Below are positions 1 to 9,200 of a stretch of DNA of 64,000 nt, piece after piece. How positions within the stretch are numbered: the first letter of the stretch is position 1; every line of letters starts with the position of its first letter. A program made the position numbers and the translations under genes. The stretch covers positions 66,216-130,215 of the forward strand of contig CAVUTQ010000028.1 in NCBI GenBank assembly GCA_963744455.1, read 5' to 3'. Source of the DNA: an uncultured Actinomycetota bacterium. GTDB taxonomy: Bacteria; Actinomycetota; Actinomycetes; Propionibacteriales; Propionibacteriaceae. The notes below the pieces were generated by a model. The model did no database searches and had not been told where the DNA came from. It saw nothing but the letters and a program-made list of their open reading frames with translations.

Positions 1-789
1 CATCTCGTCGATCCGCGGCCGCTTCTCGGCGGCTGTGAAGTAGGTGCGGACCCGAGCCCTGATGTTCTTGGACTTTCCGACGTAGAGAATGTGACGCTGG
101 CTGTCGTACTCGGCGACGAACAGATATACGCCGGGTGCATCCGGCAGGGCGGCGGCCCAGGTGCGCTTGGCACGCCGTTGCGGTGAGACGCGGCGGGCGA
201 ACTCGCTCAGATCCTCGATGGTTTGCACCCCGAGATTGCCGACCCGCTCGATCAAGCCGTGGAGCACGTCGACGGTGGCCTGGGCGTCTGTCAGCGCACG
301 ATGGTTCGGCGTGACAGCGGCGCGAAAGTGTCGGGCCAAAGTGGCGAGCCTGCAGTCGCGCACCTCGTCGCGGAGCAGGATCTGGCGGGCCAGCGCCGCT
401 GTGTCGATCACCGGCCAGCGCGGGAACGGGTACTCACAGGCGTCGCAGGCGCGGCGCAGGAAGCTCACGTCGAACGGAGCATTGTGCGCGACGATCACGG
501 TGCCGTGCGCGAAGGCAAGGAACGATGGCAGCACCAGGCGCAGTGAGGGTGCGTTGGCCACCATCTGATTGGTGATGCCGGTGAGCACCGCAATCAGGGG
601 CGGGATGTGGGCCTTCGGGTTGACGAGAGTCTGGAACTCACCAAGCACCTCACCGCCGCGTACCTTGACAGCTCCGACCTCGGTGATCATGTCCGTCTCC
701 GCGCCGCCGGTCGTCTCCAGGTCGACGACGCAGAACGTCACCTCGGATAGATGCGTCCCAAGATCATCAAATGAGGCCTGCAGCGCCAC
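1..789 (-). CDS. DEDD 3'-5' exonuclease / GIY-YIG (UvrC-like) domain protein, Rv2191-like; runs off the window's left edge
   Basis: Manual minus-strand translation from GTG 789: ALQASFDDLGTHLSEVTFCVVDLETTGG...ITEVGAVKVRGGEVLGEFQTLVNP (ExoI motif), later HNAPFD, HRALTDA and LPDAPGVYLF...ILYVGKSKNIRARVRTYF (GIY-YIG). Not in the ORF track because it has no stop in the window. Confidence 0.9.
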   Translation of the reverse strand, partial: MALQASFDDLGTHLSEVTFCVVDLETTGGAETDMITEVGAVKVRGGEVLGEFQTLVNPKAHIPPLIAVLTGITNQMVANAPSLRLVLPSFLAFAHGTVIVAHNAPFDVSFLRRACDACEYPFPRWPVIDTAALARQILLRDEVRDCRLATLARHFRAAVTPNHRALTDAQATVDVLHGLIERVGNLGVQTIEDLSEFARRVSPQRRAKRTWAAALPDAPGVYLFVAEYDSQRHILYVGKSKNIRARVRTYFTAAEKRPRIDEM

Positions 790-796
790 GATGGCG

Positions 797-818
797 ACAC
801 TAGGGATCGCCTCCGACA
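797..818 (-). promoter_or_regulatory. RecA-NDp / PafBC-type DNA-damage promoter (TGTCGG-N10-TANNNT), leaderless
   Basis: Minus strand reads TGTCGG-AGGCGATCCC-TAGTGT, 7 nt upstream of the GTG start of the DEDD nuclease. Confidence 0.75.
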
Positions 819-906
819 TTGAGGACCGACTCGCCGAGGCGCGCTGGTTGTTCTCGCGTCCTCGATCATCAGAAACAGATGTCTACGGTTGGTTGCCCAC
901 CAAGAG

Positions 907-1646
907 CTAGCAGCTGGGTGCGTCGAAGTCTCCAGAGGCTTTCTTGAACGCCTTGATGTTCTTGGGCGCCGCGTCGTACTGCTTCAGCCAGGTGTCCAGT
1001 GCCTCCGATGGGGTGCCTGCCTCGTGCAGCGCGTTGCGCTGCATGAACGTTAGGTGAGCCTTCCAGTCCTTCATGCCAGCAGCGGTGGCCGCCATCAGAG
1101 GCTCTTGGGCGTTGCTTCGCTCTTCGCATGCGACCAGGCTGGCCGCCACCGCGCTGTCTGCGCCATCGACCTTCTTGCAGGAACCCTCGAGGTCCTTGTA
1201 CGCCGACAGGGCGTCTTCATAGCGATCGAGGTCACCGGGGCCCTTCAGCCTGGTCGCCTTGAACCGCGCCTTCGTCTGCTCGGGCGTGATCTTGCCGTCG
1301 AAGCGGTCCTTCTGGGCCTGGATGTGGCCCGCCCAGTGCTCAACTCCGGTCTTGCCCTGCTTCGATGACCTGATCTGCAGCCTGAACCTTCGCCTGACAC
1401 GCCTCGAAGGCTTGCTGCGCGGCAGCGTTGGCGGGCTCGGCCGAGGGTGTCGGACTCGACTCTGCGGTGGTTGGAGCTTGCGACTCCGTAGCCGTCGGGC
1501 TCGATTGCCGCCTGCGGGCCCGCCGTCGTCGCGTCGGGCCAGAATTTCACTGCTGCAAATGAACCGCCCACCAGGAGGGCTGCAGCAACAGCCAGCGGAA
1601 TGATGACGCGGACTGGCTGGGCTTTCGCCCGTCGTGCTTGTACCAC
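907..1646 (-). CDS. Secreted or membrane-anchored hypothetical protein with two apparent frameshifts (~1500, ~1355)
   Basis: The N-terminal TM segment (VIIPLAVAAALLVGGSFAAV), a P/T/S linker in a second frame (PTATESQAPTTAESSPTPSAEPANAAAQQAFEACQAKVQ) and a helical C-terminal part in ORF 907..1791 join into one plausible protein. Confidence 0.6.
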
Positions 1647-1869
1647 ATTTCCCCCAAGAGACTCCCCAGAGCCCCAACTTACTCGAAGATGCTCGGAGGG
1701 GCGAATTGCCAACGTACTGCGAGACGGTCAGCAACGGCACAGGATCTCTCCGTGGAGGACCGCGAACGAGGCGCCCGGGAGCTTCCGTCAAACCTTGCGC
1801 AAGCGGTGTGGCATGAAAGAAGTGTCAGTGCTCTGCGAGAGCGTTGTCAGGCGGGGTCGGTTGGAAGGA

Positions 1870-2112
1870 ATGAGCATGGACATGCTGCACGTGGATTGCG
1901 AGACCTGCGTCGCCAGAGGGATCGCCTGTAGCGACTGTGTCGTCACCGTGCTCCTCGATACGTCCGGAGGTGTGGTGGATCTCGACCGCGACGAGCAGGC
2001 CGCGCTGCAGGCGCTGGCCGGTTCTGGATTGGTGCCGCCGCTCAGACTGATTCCGGGCGCCCGAGAGGTCCGTGATGTGCAGCCGCCGCAGGACTGGCGG
2101 GACTACGCGTGA
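1870..2112 (+). CDS. Small Cys-rich protein (CxxC-x6-CxxC), putative metal-binding
   Basis: MSMDMLHVDCETCVARGIACSDCVVTVLL...LAGSGLVPPLRL; resembles the small conserved actinobacterial gene found upstream of the NlpC/P60 gene. Confidence 0.75.
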   Translation: MSMDMLHVDCETCVARGIACSDCVVTVLLDTSGGVVDLDRDEQAALQALAGSGLVPPLRLIPGAREVRDVQPPQDWRDYA

Positions 2113-2177
2113 CAACTCGTTGACCAAATATCGGCGATCCTGATTGCACGTGATCTATTCGTGACCTAATGTGTCAC
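2109..2177 (+). promoter_or_regulatory. Putative MtrA/GlnR-type (OmpR family) GTNAC-N6-GTNAC boxes
   Basis: GTGAC-N6-TTGAC (2109-2124) and GTGAT-N6-GTGAC (2150-2165), both with 11-bp period, upstream of a peptidoglycan hydrolase gene. Confidence 0.45.
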
Positions 2178-2326
2178 TCACTGCCTGGTGACCACGGGTG
2201 ACAGCACCGTCAGCCGCCGCTCAGCAGGCACATCCATCACAGCTCTTGGGCTTGGCTTAGGTCTGGGGACGGCTGGGCAAGCCCACACGAGAGCTGCGCA
2301 GGAGTCGGGGGAACTCGGGGAACACT

Positions 2327-3412
2327 GTGAATTTTGCTGCGCGCGTGAAGTCACGCGCATCTGAGACAAGCCACGCCACAACGATCCTTCGGGGCGTACG
2401 CACCGTCACGCTCGGGCTCACTTCGGTGGCATTGACCGCATTGTTCGTCTTCCCGGCCAGCTTGCCGGCTGCCGCGGATCCACCGCTGACCGCGGCGGAG
2501 GCGAGAAAAGTGATCGAGCAGTTGGAGACAGACGCAGCCGCCATCGACCAGCAGTACGCCGGCGTCAAGGAGGAAATCAAGCAGGGCCGTGCGCAGCTGG
2601 AGCTGAAGCAGGCTGACCTCAAAGCTCAGACCGGCAAAGTCGCACGGATGAAGCTTCAGGTCGGCCAGGTGGCACTCGCCCAGTTCCAGAACCGAAGCCT
2701 GGATACCGCCGCTCATCTCTTCGTCACCCCTGACACGGATCGATTCCTCAGCCAGATCTCCACAGTCCAGAAGGTCAGCGAGAATCAGAATTCGGCGCTC
2801 CAGGACTTCCAGCAGGCGCAGGGGGACCTCGCCGCGCTCAAGCATTCGGCAGAGACCGATCTGGAAACCCTCGCCGAGAAGGAGAAGCAGCTCAAATCCC
2901 TCGCCGACGCCTCTGACAAGAAGATCGCACAGGCGAAGAAGGTGCTGGCCAAGCTCACGGCCTCCCAGCGGAAGCAGATCTCGGATGCGGAGAACAAGGA
3001 GGCAGCGCGGTCCAGCGCTGCTACGTCGCGAGGTTCCACTCGCAGCTCCGTCACCGGTTCCGGTCGTGGCGCCAAAGCACTTGCGTACGCGAAGGCGCAG
3101 CTCGGAGAGCCATACGTTCGCAATGGCGATGGACCCAGTGGGTGGGACTGCTCCGGCCTGACAATGCGTGCCTGGGAATCAGTCGGGGTTAGCCTGCCGC
3201 ACTCGGCTGGAGGGCAGTACGGCCGCGGCCGCTACGTGGACAAGTCCGATCTCCAGCTCGGCGATCTCGTGTTCTTCTACCCCGGGAGCATCAGCCATGT
3301 GGGCCTGTACGCCGGCAATGGCCAGGTCATCCATGCGCCACGGCCCGGCAAGTCTGTGGAGTACATCAAGATGTCCTACATGCCGTACGCCGGTGCGCGT
3401 CGGCCCGGTTAG
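2327..3412 (+). CDS. NlpC/P60 (C40) peptidoglycan endopeptidase with coiled-coil, RipC/Rv2190c-like
   Basis: Signal-like segment, long coiled-coil, GEPY...GWDCSGL...LQLGDLVFF..SHVGLYAGNGQVIHAP. Confidence 0.93.
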   Translation: MNFAARVKSRASETSHATTILRGVRTVTLGLTSVALTALFVFPASLPAAADPPLTAAEARKVIEQLETDAAAIDQQYAGVKEEIKQGRAQLELKQADLKAQTGKVARMKLQVGQVALAQFQNRSLDTAAHLFVTPDTDRFLSQISTVQKVSENQNSALQDFQQAQGDLAALKHSAETDLETLAEKEKQLKSLADASDKKIAQAKKVLAKLTASQRKQISDAENKEAARSSAATSRGSTRSSVTGSGRGAKALAYAKAQLGEPYVRNGDGPSGWDCSGLTMRAWESVGVSLPHSAGGQYGRGRYVDKSDLQLGDLVFFYPGSISHVGLYAGNGQVIHAPRPGKSVEYIKMSYMPYAGARRPG

Positions 3413-3467
3413 CGCACTGGGTGCGAGTTCGAACCTGCGGCGCTGAGGTCGCGCATACGCTGCCTTT

Positions 3468-4765
3468 GTGTCAGGGGTCCACGATCAACATCAAGTTGTG
3501 CGACGGTTGGCAGTTGCTGCGCTGACACTCGTCCTCGTCGGCTGTTCGGCTCCTGCAATCGCCCCGTCTCCGGTGCCGCCCTCGACAAGAGTGGTGACCC
3601 CTGGGAGTTCGCGGCTGGGCCAGGTCAGGGCGACCGTTGATGCTTTGGTCAGGGCGGCTCTTACCCGGGACCGTGCGGGCTTTGCACGCTTGATCAGTCA
3701 TCGAGACCCAACGTTTCCCGATCGCGCCCGGTCGCTGTATGACAACCTGAGTACTCTGCCGCTCACGCGGCTCCAGGTGCGTGTCGAGCCGGCCGAGTTC
3801 GGGCTGGCCGAGGCACGAAGCCAGCTACTGGGTAACAGCGCGTGGGCGCACCGCGCCGTCGTCAGCTGGCGACTCGCAGGTGACGACGCCGATGTCGAGC
3901 ATCAGGTCTGGTTGACCTTCGTCTCCGACGGCGGACAAGCCAGGCTCGCCGGCACGGTCGATGAACCGCCCAACAACATCCGCGAGCGGAAGCCGAGCTG
4001 GTGGCTGGGTCCGCTCACCGCCCGGGAGCGCGGAGGGGTCACTGTGGTCGTCGGCTCCGGCCAGGCACTGGATCGTTGGGCGAGGCTGGCCGCAACCGCC
4101 CTCGACAACGCGCGAGACCATCTCCCGGAGGGTCTGCGGCTCTCGTGGAGCGGCCGCGTCGTGATGGAGGTGCCGGCAACCCAGCGCGACTTTGAGTTGG
4201 TCCTTGGTGAGCCGACTGGGAGCTACGGCTCCATTGCTGCAGTAACCCGTCGCGTGGGAACTGCGGGAGGCACGATCCGCATCGTTGTCAACCCCAAGGC
4301 CGCAGAACTGACCTCGAGCGCGTTGCAGGCGGTGCTGGAGCACGAGATTGTGCACGTCGCGACCCGCTCGCCCGACTCGCCTGCGCCGATCTGGGCCGAA
4401 GAGGGCCTCGCGGAGTGGGTATCCACGCAAACCCATCCGGGCGAGCTCAGCGAAGCGTCCGACGATGTGCTGGCCGGGGTGCGCGCCCATGGGGCCGCCG
4501 CGCTCATTTCCCTCCGATGAGGAATTCCAGATCAGCGAGCACGACCTCCGGTTGGCCTACGCCGAGGCCTGGCTTGCCTGTCGCTACATTGCTGAGCGAG
4601 TATTCGGAGGTCCACCTCGGCCGCTTCTATGCCGAGCTCGATCGTGGACACTCCCTGGACGAGGCGAGCCGCTCGGCACTCAAGATCAGTGAGGCTGAAT
4701 TGATCACCAGATGGCGCGCGTATCTTGTTCGCCTGGCGCGAGCGTCGGTAATCGCGCCGCGATGA
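3468..4765 (+). CDS. Lipoprotein with HExxH metallopeptidase-like motif (Rv2189c-like); two apparent frameshifts (~4493, ~4598)
   Basis: Lipobox LVGC and LEHEIVHVATR...PIWAEEGLAEWV. The C-terminus continues in other frames (FPSDEEF..LAYAEAWLACRYIA, then EYSEVHLGRFY...WRAYL). Confidence 0.75.
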
Positions 4766-4869
4766 ATGGAGGATCGATGAGCAGGCCCCGCGGCGAGTCC
4801 TTGGCGTGGGGTTGGGCGGGGCTGCGAAGAGGGACGACATCATCGGGTTCAGCGCGATGCGCGAGCGCC
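4735..4869 (+). repeat. Structured intergenic repeat family, copy A (purine-rich strand = +)
   Basis: Its ends gcgagcgtcggtaatcgcgc ... agcgcgatgcgcgagc match the reverse complement of the copies at 34.3 and 36.2 kb. Confidence 0.75.
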
Positions 4870-4892
4870 CCAATCAGGGGCGCAGGATAACT

Positions 4893-6005
4893 ATGCCGCC
4901 GACCTTGATCATCACCAATGATTTCCCGCCGCGGGTCGGCGGCATCGAGTCGTTCGTCAGCGACGTCTGCGCGCTGCTAGACCACGACGTCCTTGTGTAC
5001 GCCTCAGGCTCGCCTGAAGCCAGGGCCTCGGACCGCGAGCGTCCTTTTCCGGTGATCCGTGAAGGACCGCTGCTGTTGCCGACGCCACGCGTGGCGGCTC
5101 GCGCCGCGGGCCTACTCCGTGCTGTCGGAGCGACGCGGGTGATCTTCGGCGCCGCGGCTCCACTCGGTCTACTGGCCCCGACGCTCCGCCGTGCCGGAGC
5201 CCGTCAGATCGTGGGTCTCACTCACGGCCACGAAACCTGGTGGGCGCGGGTGCCTGCGGCGCGCCAGCTGCTGCGCCGGATTGGCGAGAGCTGTGATCAC
5301 CTGACTACCATCTCGGGCTTTACCGAACACATCATCGCCAGCGCGCTCAGCCCAAGTGCGCGCAGGCGGTTGCTGCGGCTAGCCCCACCCGTTGACGCCG
5401 GGCGCTTCCGACCGCCCGAACTAGTCGCCGCGCGGAGCGCCGGCCGCTGCATTGCGGTGGCCCGGCTGATTCGCCGAAAGGGTATGGCCACGCTGCTTCG
5501 CGCCTGGCGGGCCGTCATCGATCGGGCCGCCCCGAGCGGTGCTACACGCGAGCTGGTCGTCGTTGGCGATGGTCCGCAGCGTCCTCGGCTGGAGCGAAGC
5601 ATCCACGATCTCGAGCTGTCTGATCACGTGCGCCTGATGGGCGCGTTGCCACGCGCAGCAGTGATCGGACAACTCCAGCGAGCCGATGTCTTCGCACTGC
5701 CGGTCCGCACACTATTGGCGGGACTCAATCCGGAAGGGTTGGGTTTGGCGGCACTGGAGGCGGCGGCCTGCGGACTGCCTGTCATCGTCGGTCACTCCGG
5801 CGGCGCGCCCGAAACTGTCCGGGACGGTGACACTGGCTTCGTGGTGCCTTCACTTGATCATCAGCTCATGGCGGAGCGGCTCAGCCTGCTGCTGGATGAT
5901 CCTTCTCTGGCGCAGCAGATGGGATCGCGCGGCCGCCGCTACATCTGCGCGCATTTCAGCATGGAGTCGGCGCGGACGAGGCTACGCGAAGCGCTTGATC
6001 TTTGA
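4893..6005 (+). CDS. pimB: GT4 glycosyltransferase, phosphatidylinositol mannoside mannosyltransferase PimB'-like
   Basis: TLIITNDFPPRVGGIESFV, FGAAAPLGLL, THGHETWW, EGLGLAALEAAACGLPVIVGHSGGAPETV; Rv2188c-like position. Confidence 0.85.
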   Translation: MPPTLIITNDFPPRVGGIESFVSDVCALLDHDVLVYASGSPEARASDRERPFPVIREGPLLLPTPRVAARAAGLLRAVGATRVIFGAAAPLGLLAPTLRRAGARQIVGLTHGHETWWARVPAARQLLRRIGESCDHLTTISGFTEHIIASALSPSARRRLLRLAPPVDAGRFRPPELVAARSAGRCIAVARLIRRKGMATLLRAWRAVIDRAAPSGATRELVVVGDGPQRPRLERSIHDLELSDHVRLMGALPRAAVIGQLQRADVFALPVRTLLAGLNPEGLGLAALEAAACGLPVIVGHSGGAPETVRDGDTGFVVPSLDHQLMAERLSLLLDDPSLAQQMGSRGRRYICAHFSMESARTRLREALDL

Positions 6006-6067
6006 TGCCACGATCCGCAGCGAGCGGAGCGAGCAATCAAACCCAGCCCACGCGTACGCTATGGCTC

Positions 6068-6493
6068 GTGGCGGATCGGACCAGCGCCAGTATCGAGATC
6101 GCGGCGAAGCCCGACGAGGTGATGGCGGTCATCGCCGACTTCGAGCACTACCCCGATTGGGTCGACTCGATGAAGAGTGCCGAGGTGCTCAGCTCGGTTG
6201 CGGGCAAGGCCAAGACGGTCCGCATGGTGCTCGACCACACGCTGGTGAAGGACAGCTACGTCCTCGCGTACGAATGGAAGCCGCAGGCCGTCAGCTGGAA
6301 ACTCATTGATGGGAACCTGCTCAAGGCGATGGATGGTTCGTACCACCTGAAGGCCAACGGTGCCAAAACAACGGTGACTTACGCATTGACCGTTGAAATC
6401 AACATGCCGATGATCGGGATGTTCAAGCGCAAGGCTGAAAAGACGATCATCGACGGCGCGCTCAAAGGCCTCAAGAAGAGGGTGGAAGGCTGA
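6068..6493 (+). CDS. SRPBCC/START (polyketide cyclase-like) family protein
   Basis: ADRTSASIEIAAKPDEVMAVIADFEHYPDW...MIGMFKRKAEKTIID; -10 TACGCT 7 nt before the GTG. Confidence 0.9.
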   Translation: MADRTSASIEIAAKPDEVMAVIADFEHYPDWVDSMKSAEVLSSVAGKAKTVRMVLDHTLVKDSYVLAYEWKPQAVSWKLIDGNLLKAMDGSYHLKANGAKTTVTYALTVEINMPMIGMFKRKAEKTIIDGALKGLKKRVEG

Positions 6494-7599
6494 CCACTCT
6501 TGGGACGACAACGCGCCGCAGCAGGGCGAGGATTACACCGCCACCGCTGCTGAGCATCGGCGTCGACATCGGCGGCACCAAGGTCGCCGCGGGGGTCGTC
6601 GACGAGGACGGCGGGATTCTCGATCGTTGGCAGGAACCGACCCCGTCACACAGCCCGCAAGCTGTCGAAGATGCGATTCTCCGTGCCGTCGAGTATTTAG
6701 GTAGTCGGCACCGGGTCGAGGCGGTGGGGGTCGGTGCGGCGGGCTGGGTAGATAACGATCAAGCTATGGTCAGGTTCTCACCCCACCTGGCCTGGCGGTC
6801 CGAGCCGCTGAAGGCGCGGCTCGTCGGCCGGATCGACATGCCGCTGATCGTGGACAACGACGCGAACGCTGCCGCCTGGGCGGAATACCGCTACGGCGCA
6901 GGTCGCGGCTCGTCGGTGATGGTGTGCATCACGCTCGGTACCGGCATCGGTGGCGGCCTCGTGATCGGTGGCAGACTCTTCCGCGGCTCGTATGGGATGG
7001 CCGGGGAATGGGGACACATGATCTCGGTGCCGGGCGGTCACTGGTGCGAGTGCGGAAACCGGGGTTGTTGGGAGCAGTACGCCTCGGGCAACGCACTTGT
7101 CCGCGATGCCCGCGCGCTGGCACGGACCAATTCGCCAACGGCTTACCGGCTCCTGGAGATGGTGGGCGGCGATCCTGACAAGATCAGCGGGCCTGATGTG
7201 ACCGACGCAGCGATCCAGGGCGAACCCACCTCGGTCGAGCTGTTGGCCGATGTCGGGACCTGGCTCGGCCGGGGCATCGCGAACATTGCCGCAGCCCTGG
7301 ATCCTGAGGTGGTTGTCATCGGCGGGGGAGTGAGCGCTGCAGGCGATCTGCTGTTGCTACCCGCACAGCGGGCCTTCAGCCGGACGTTGACGGGGCGAGG
7401 CTTTCGCGAGGAGGCCAGGCTGGTGCTGGCGCGCTTCCGCAACGACGCGGGGCTGATTGGCGCCGCAGATCTGGCACGGCACGCCATGATCGAACCGCCT
7501 GACTCGGCGCACGCCGGCTTCTGGCCGCGTCGCCGCAAGCGCAGGACGAGCAAGGCACGACTGCGCCGAGACTCCTTGCGGACCCGGGTCCAGTCGTAG
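6490..7599 (+). CDS. glk: ROK-family glucokinase (start codon uncertain)
   Basis: The frame is open upstream of ORF 6724 and encodes LSIGVDIGGTKVAAGVVD; also DNDANAAAWAE, TLGTGIGGG, EWGH, CECGNRGCWEQYASG. Confidence 0.88.
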   Translation: MTTLGTTTRRSRARITPPPLLSIGVDIGGTKVAAGVVDEDGGILDRWQEPTPSHSPQAVEDAILRAVEYLGSRHRVEAVGVGAAGWVDNDQAMVRFSPHLAWRSEPLKARLVGRIDMPLIVDNDANAAAWAEYRYGAGRGSSVMVCITLGTGIGGGLVIGGRLFRGSYGMAGEWGHMISVPGGHWCECGNRGCWEQYASGNALVRDARALARTNSPTAYRLLEMVGGDPDKISGPDVTDAAIQGEPTSVELLADVGTWLGRGIANIAAALDPEVVVIGGGVSAAGDLLLLPAQRAFSRTLTGRGFREEARLVLARFRNDAGLIGAADLARHAMIEPPDSAHAGFWPRRRKRRTSKARLRRDSLRTRVQS

Positions 7600-7644
7600 A
7601 CCGTGTGATCTGCGATCCGTGTTATTGCGACGCTCCGCGTCGCG

Positions 7645-7736
7645 CGGATCGCGCTGATGACCCGCTGTCGTCGTCCTCGCTCGGAGACGGAAAGCGTGTC
7701 TCCTCACTCGTCCTCCGATCAGCGGCGCGCGATCCG
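7645..7736 (-). repeat. Structured intergenic repeat family, copy B
   Basis: cggatcgcgc..ccgctg-tcgtcgtc..ggagac-loop-gtctcc..tcgtcctc..cagcgg..gcgcgatccg, between convergent genes. Confidence 0.75.
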
Positions 7737-8216
7737 TTACAAGACCGCACCGTTGCCGGCGTCCGGCGGTCGATCGCGGGGCAGTCGGGTCATCAAAATG
7801 CCGAACCCACCGACGAAGCTGCCGACCGCGATCCATCCGGCCCAAGTGGGGAAGCGCAAGCCGAAGGTCGCTGCGAGCACGACGAGGATCGCGTATCCGA
7901 TGCCGATCCAGCCAAGGAGGGCCGGCACGCCGGGTCGTCGCAACGGGGGCAGCGGCTCCGGGACATAGCGGTCCTGAGTCGGCTCGCCAGGGGAGGCATG
8001 AGCATCGTTCGGCGTTTCCACGAAGCCGAAAAGCGGGTGATCTCCTGCCCAATTCGCTGCACCGTCGGCATCTGGAATTGAAGGGGAACCTACCGGCTCA
8101 GTGGGCGGCTCGCTGGTGTCCGTATCGGGTGCGTCGGCGGTCAGATGATACCCCGCGACCAGCTCGGCAAAAGCCTGGTCGATCGCGTCCCGGTCATCCT
8201 CACTCGGCAGTACCAC
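7737..8216 (-). CDS. Conserved actinobacterial membrane protein (2 TM)
   Basis: DQAFAELVAGY...RYVPEPLPPLRRP...two TM helices...DAGNGAVL; RBS GAAGGAGG upstream of the GTG. Confidence 0.8.
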   Translation of the reverse strand: MVLPSEDDRDAIDQAFAELVAGYHLTADAPDTDTSEPPTEPVGSPSIPDADGAANWAGDHPLFGFVETPNDAHASPGEPTQDRYVPEPLPPLRRPGVPALLGWIGIGYAILVVLAATFGLRFPTWAGWIAVGSFVGGFGILMTRLPRDRPPDAGNGAVL

Positions 8217-9042
8217 GGGCCTCCTTCGTGAGTCGACGGAAGAACGCAACACTTCCGTCGAAGATATCCTCCGCGTCGTAGTCGAGGGTGGCTACATGGT
8301 AGCTGCGCTGCAGCTCGATGTAGGTCTGATCGCTGGATCGTACGCCTTCCTTGATCAACCGGACCGAGGAGGCGTCGACCACATGATCCTGAATTGCCCG
8401 GTAGACCAGCAGTGGCTGGTCTACGCTCTTGAGATTTCTCCGTACGTCGGCCCAGAGGAAGGTCTGGGAGTACAAGGCCCGGAGCGGCAGCCGGTGATAG
8501 CCCCACTCGTCCTCACCAGGCTTGGCGATGTCGTTGGTGATCCCACCGAGCGACGGAAGCAGCCTCAGGATCGGCAGCGCACGCATCCGCGGATCGCTGA
8601 TGTTGATCACGGGATTGACGAGCACCAGGCCGGACACGGCAGCGCCGTGCTGCTCGGCCAGCCGTAGGGACAACGCCCCACCCATCGACAGCCCGGCGAG
8701 GAACACCTGCTCGCATCGAGCTACCAGCACCGCAAAGGCGTCGTCAACGCATGCGTACCAGTCGGTCCACGTCGTCTGATTGCATTCTTGCCAGGTCGTA
8801 CCGTGGCCCGGCAGTCGCGGGAGCAAGACTTGGAACCCTGCCGCTTCCAGGTGCCGAGCCCAACCGATCATGGACTTCGTCGAGCCTGTGAATCCGTGGC
8901 ACAACAGCACTCCGACGGAGCCGTTGCCGCCCTGATACGGAAGCGCATCAGGGTGCACCGAGGCCGCATCTGGCCCGGAAGCCTTGGTACGCCGCAGCCG
9001 CTCACCGATCGAGCTCAGCAGCGGCCGCGTACGGGAAGTCAC
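8200..9042 (-). CDS. Carboxylesterase, alpha/beta hydrolase (Est30/YvaK-like)
   Basis: VLLCHGFTGS, RLPGHGT, GLSMGG nucleophile elbow, DHVV, SYHVATLD. Confidence 0.9.
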   Translation of the reverse strand: MTSRTRPLLSSIGERLRRTKASGPDAASVHPDALPYQGGNGSVGVLLCHGFTGSTKSMIGWARHLEAAGFQVLLPRLPGHGTTWQECNQTTWTDWYACVDDAFAVLVARCEQVFLAGLSMGGALSLRLAEQHGAAVSGLVLVNPVINISDPRMRALPILRLLPSLGGITNDIAKPGEDEWGYHRLPLRALYSQTFLWADVRRNLKSVDQPLLVYRAIQDHVVDASSVRLIKEGVRSSDQTYIELQRSYHVATLDYDAEDIFDGSVAFFRRLTKEARGTAE

Positions 9043-9200
9043 GTGCGAAATCGTGGCATGCCTGCTCGCCAACGCGAAACCGATTGCCCGGCAAGCGACG
9101 TTCCTCGACCTGTGACCGGCAGCAGACTCCCGGCGCACGTCGGGGCGTCACCACTATCGTGAGTTCCGCCCTACGATTGGGTCGAAAAGCGGAGGTCGGT

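Noticed and set aside
871-886. agaaacagatgtctac as a possible LexA box
   Set aside because: Only the inner AAC-N4-GT matches; too many mismatches.
2178-2326. c-di-AMP (ydaO) riboswitch upstream of the NlpC/P60 gene
   Set aside because: The conserved ydaO sequence blocks are not recognisable.
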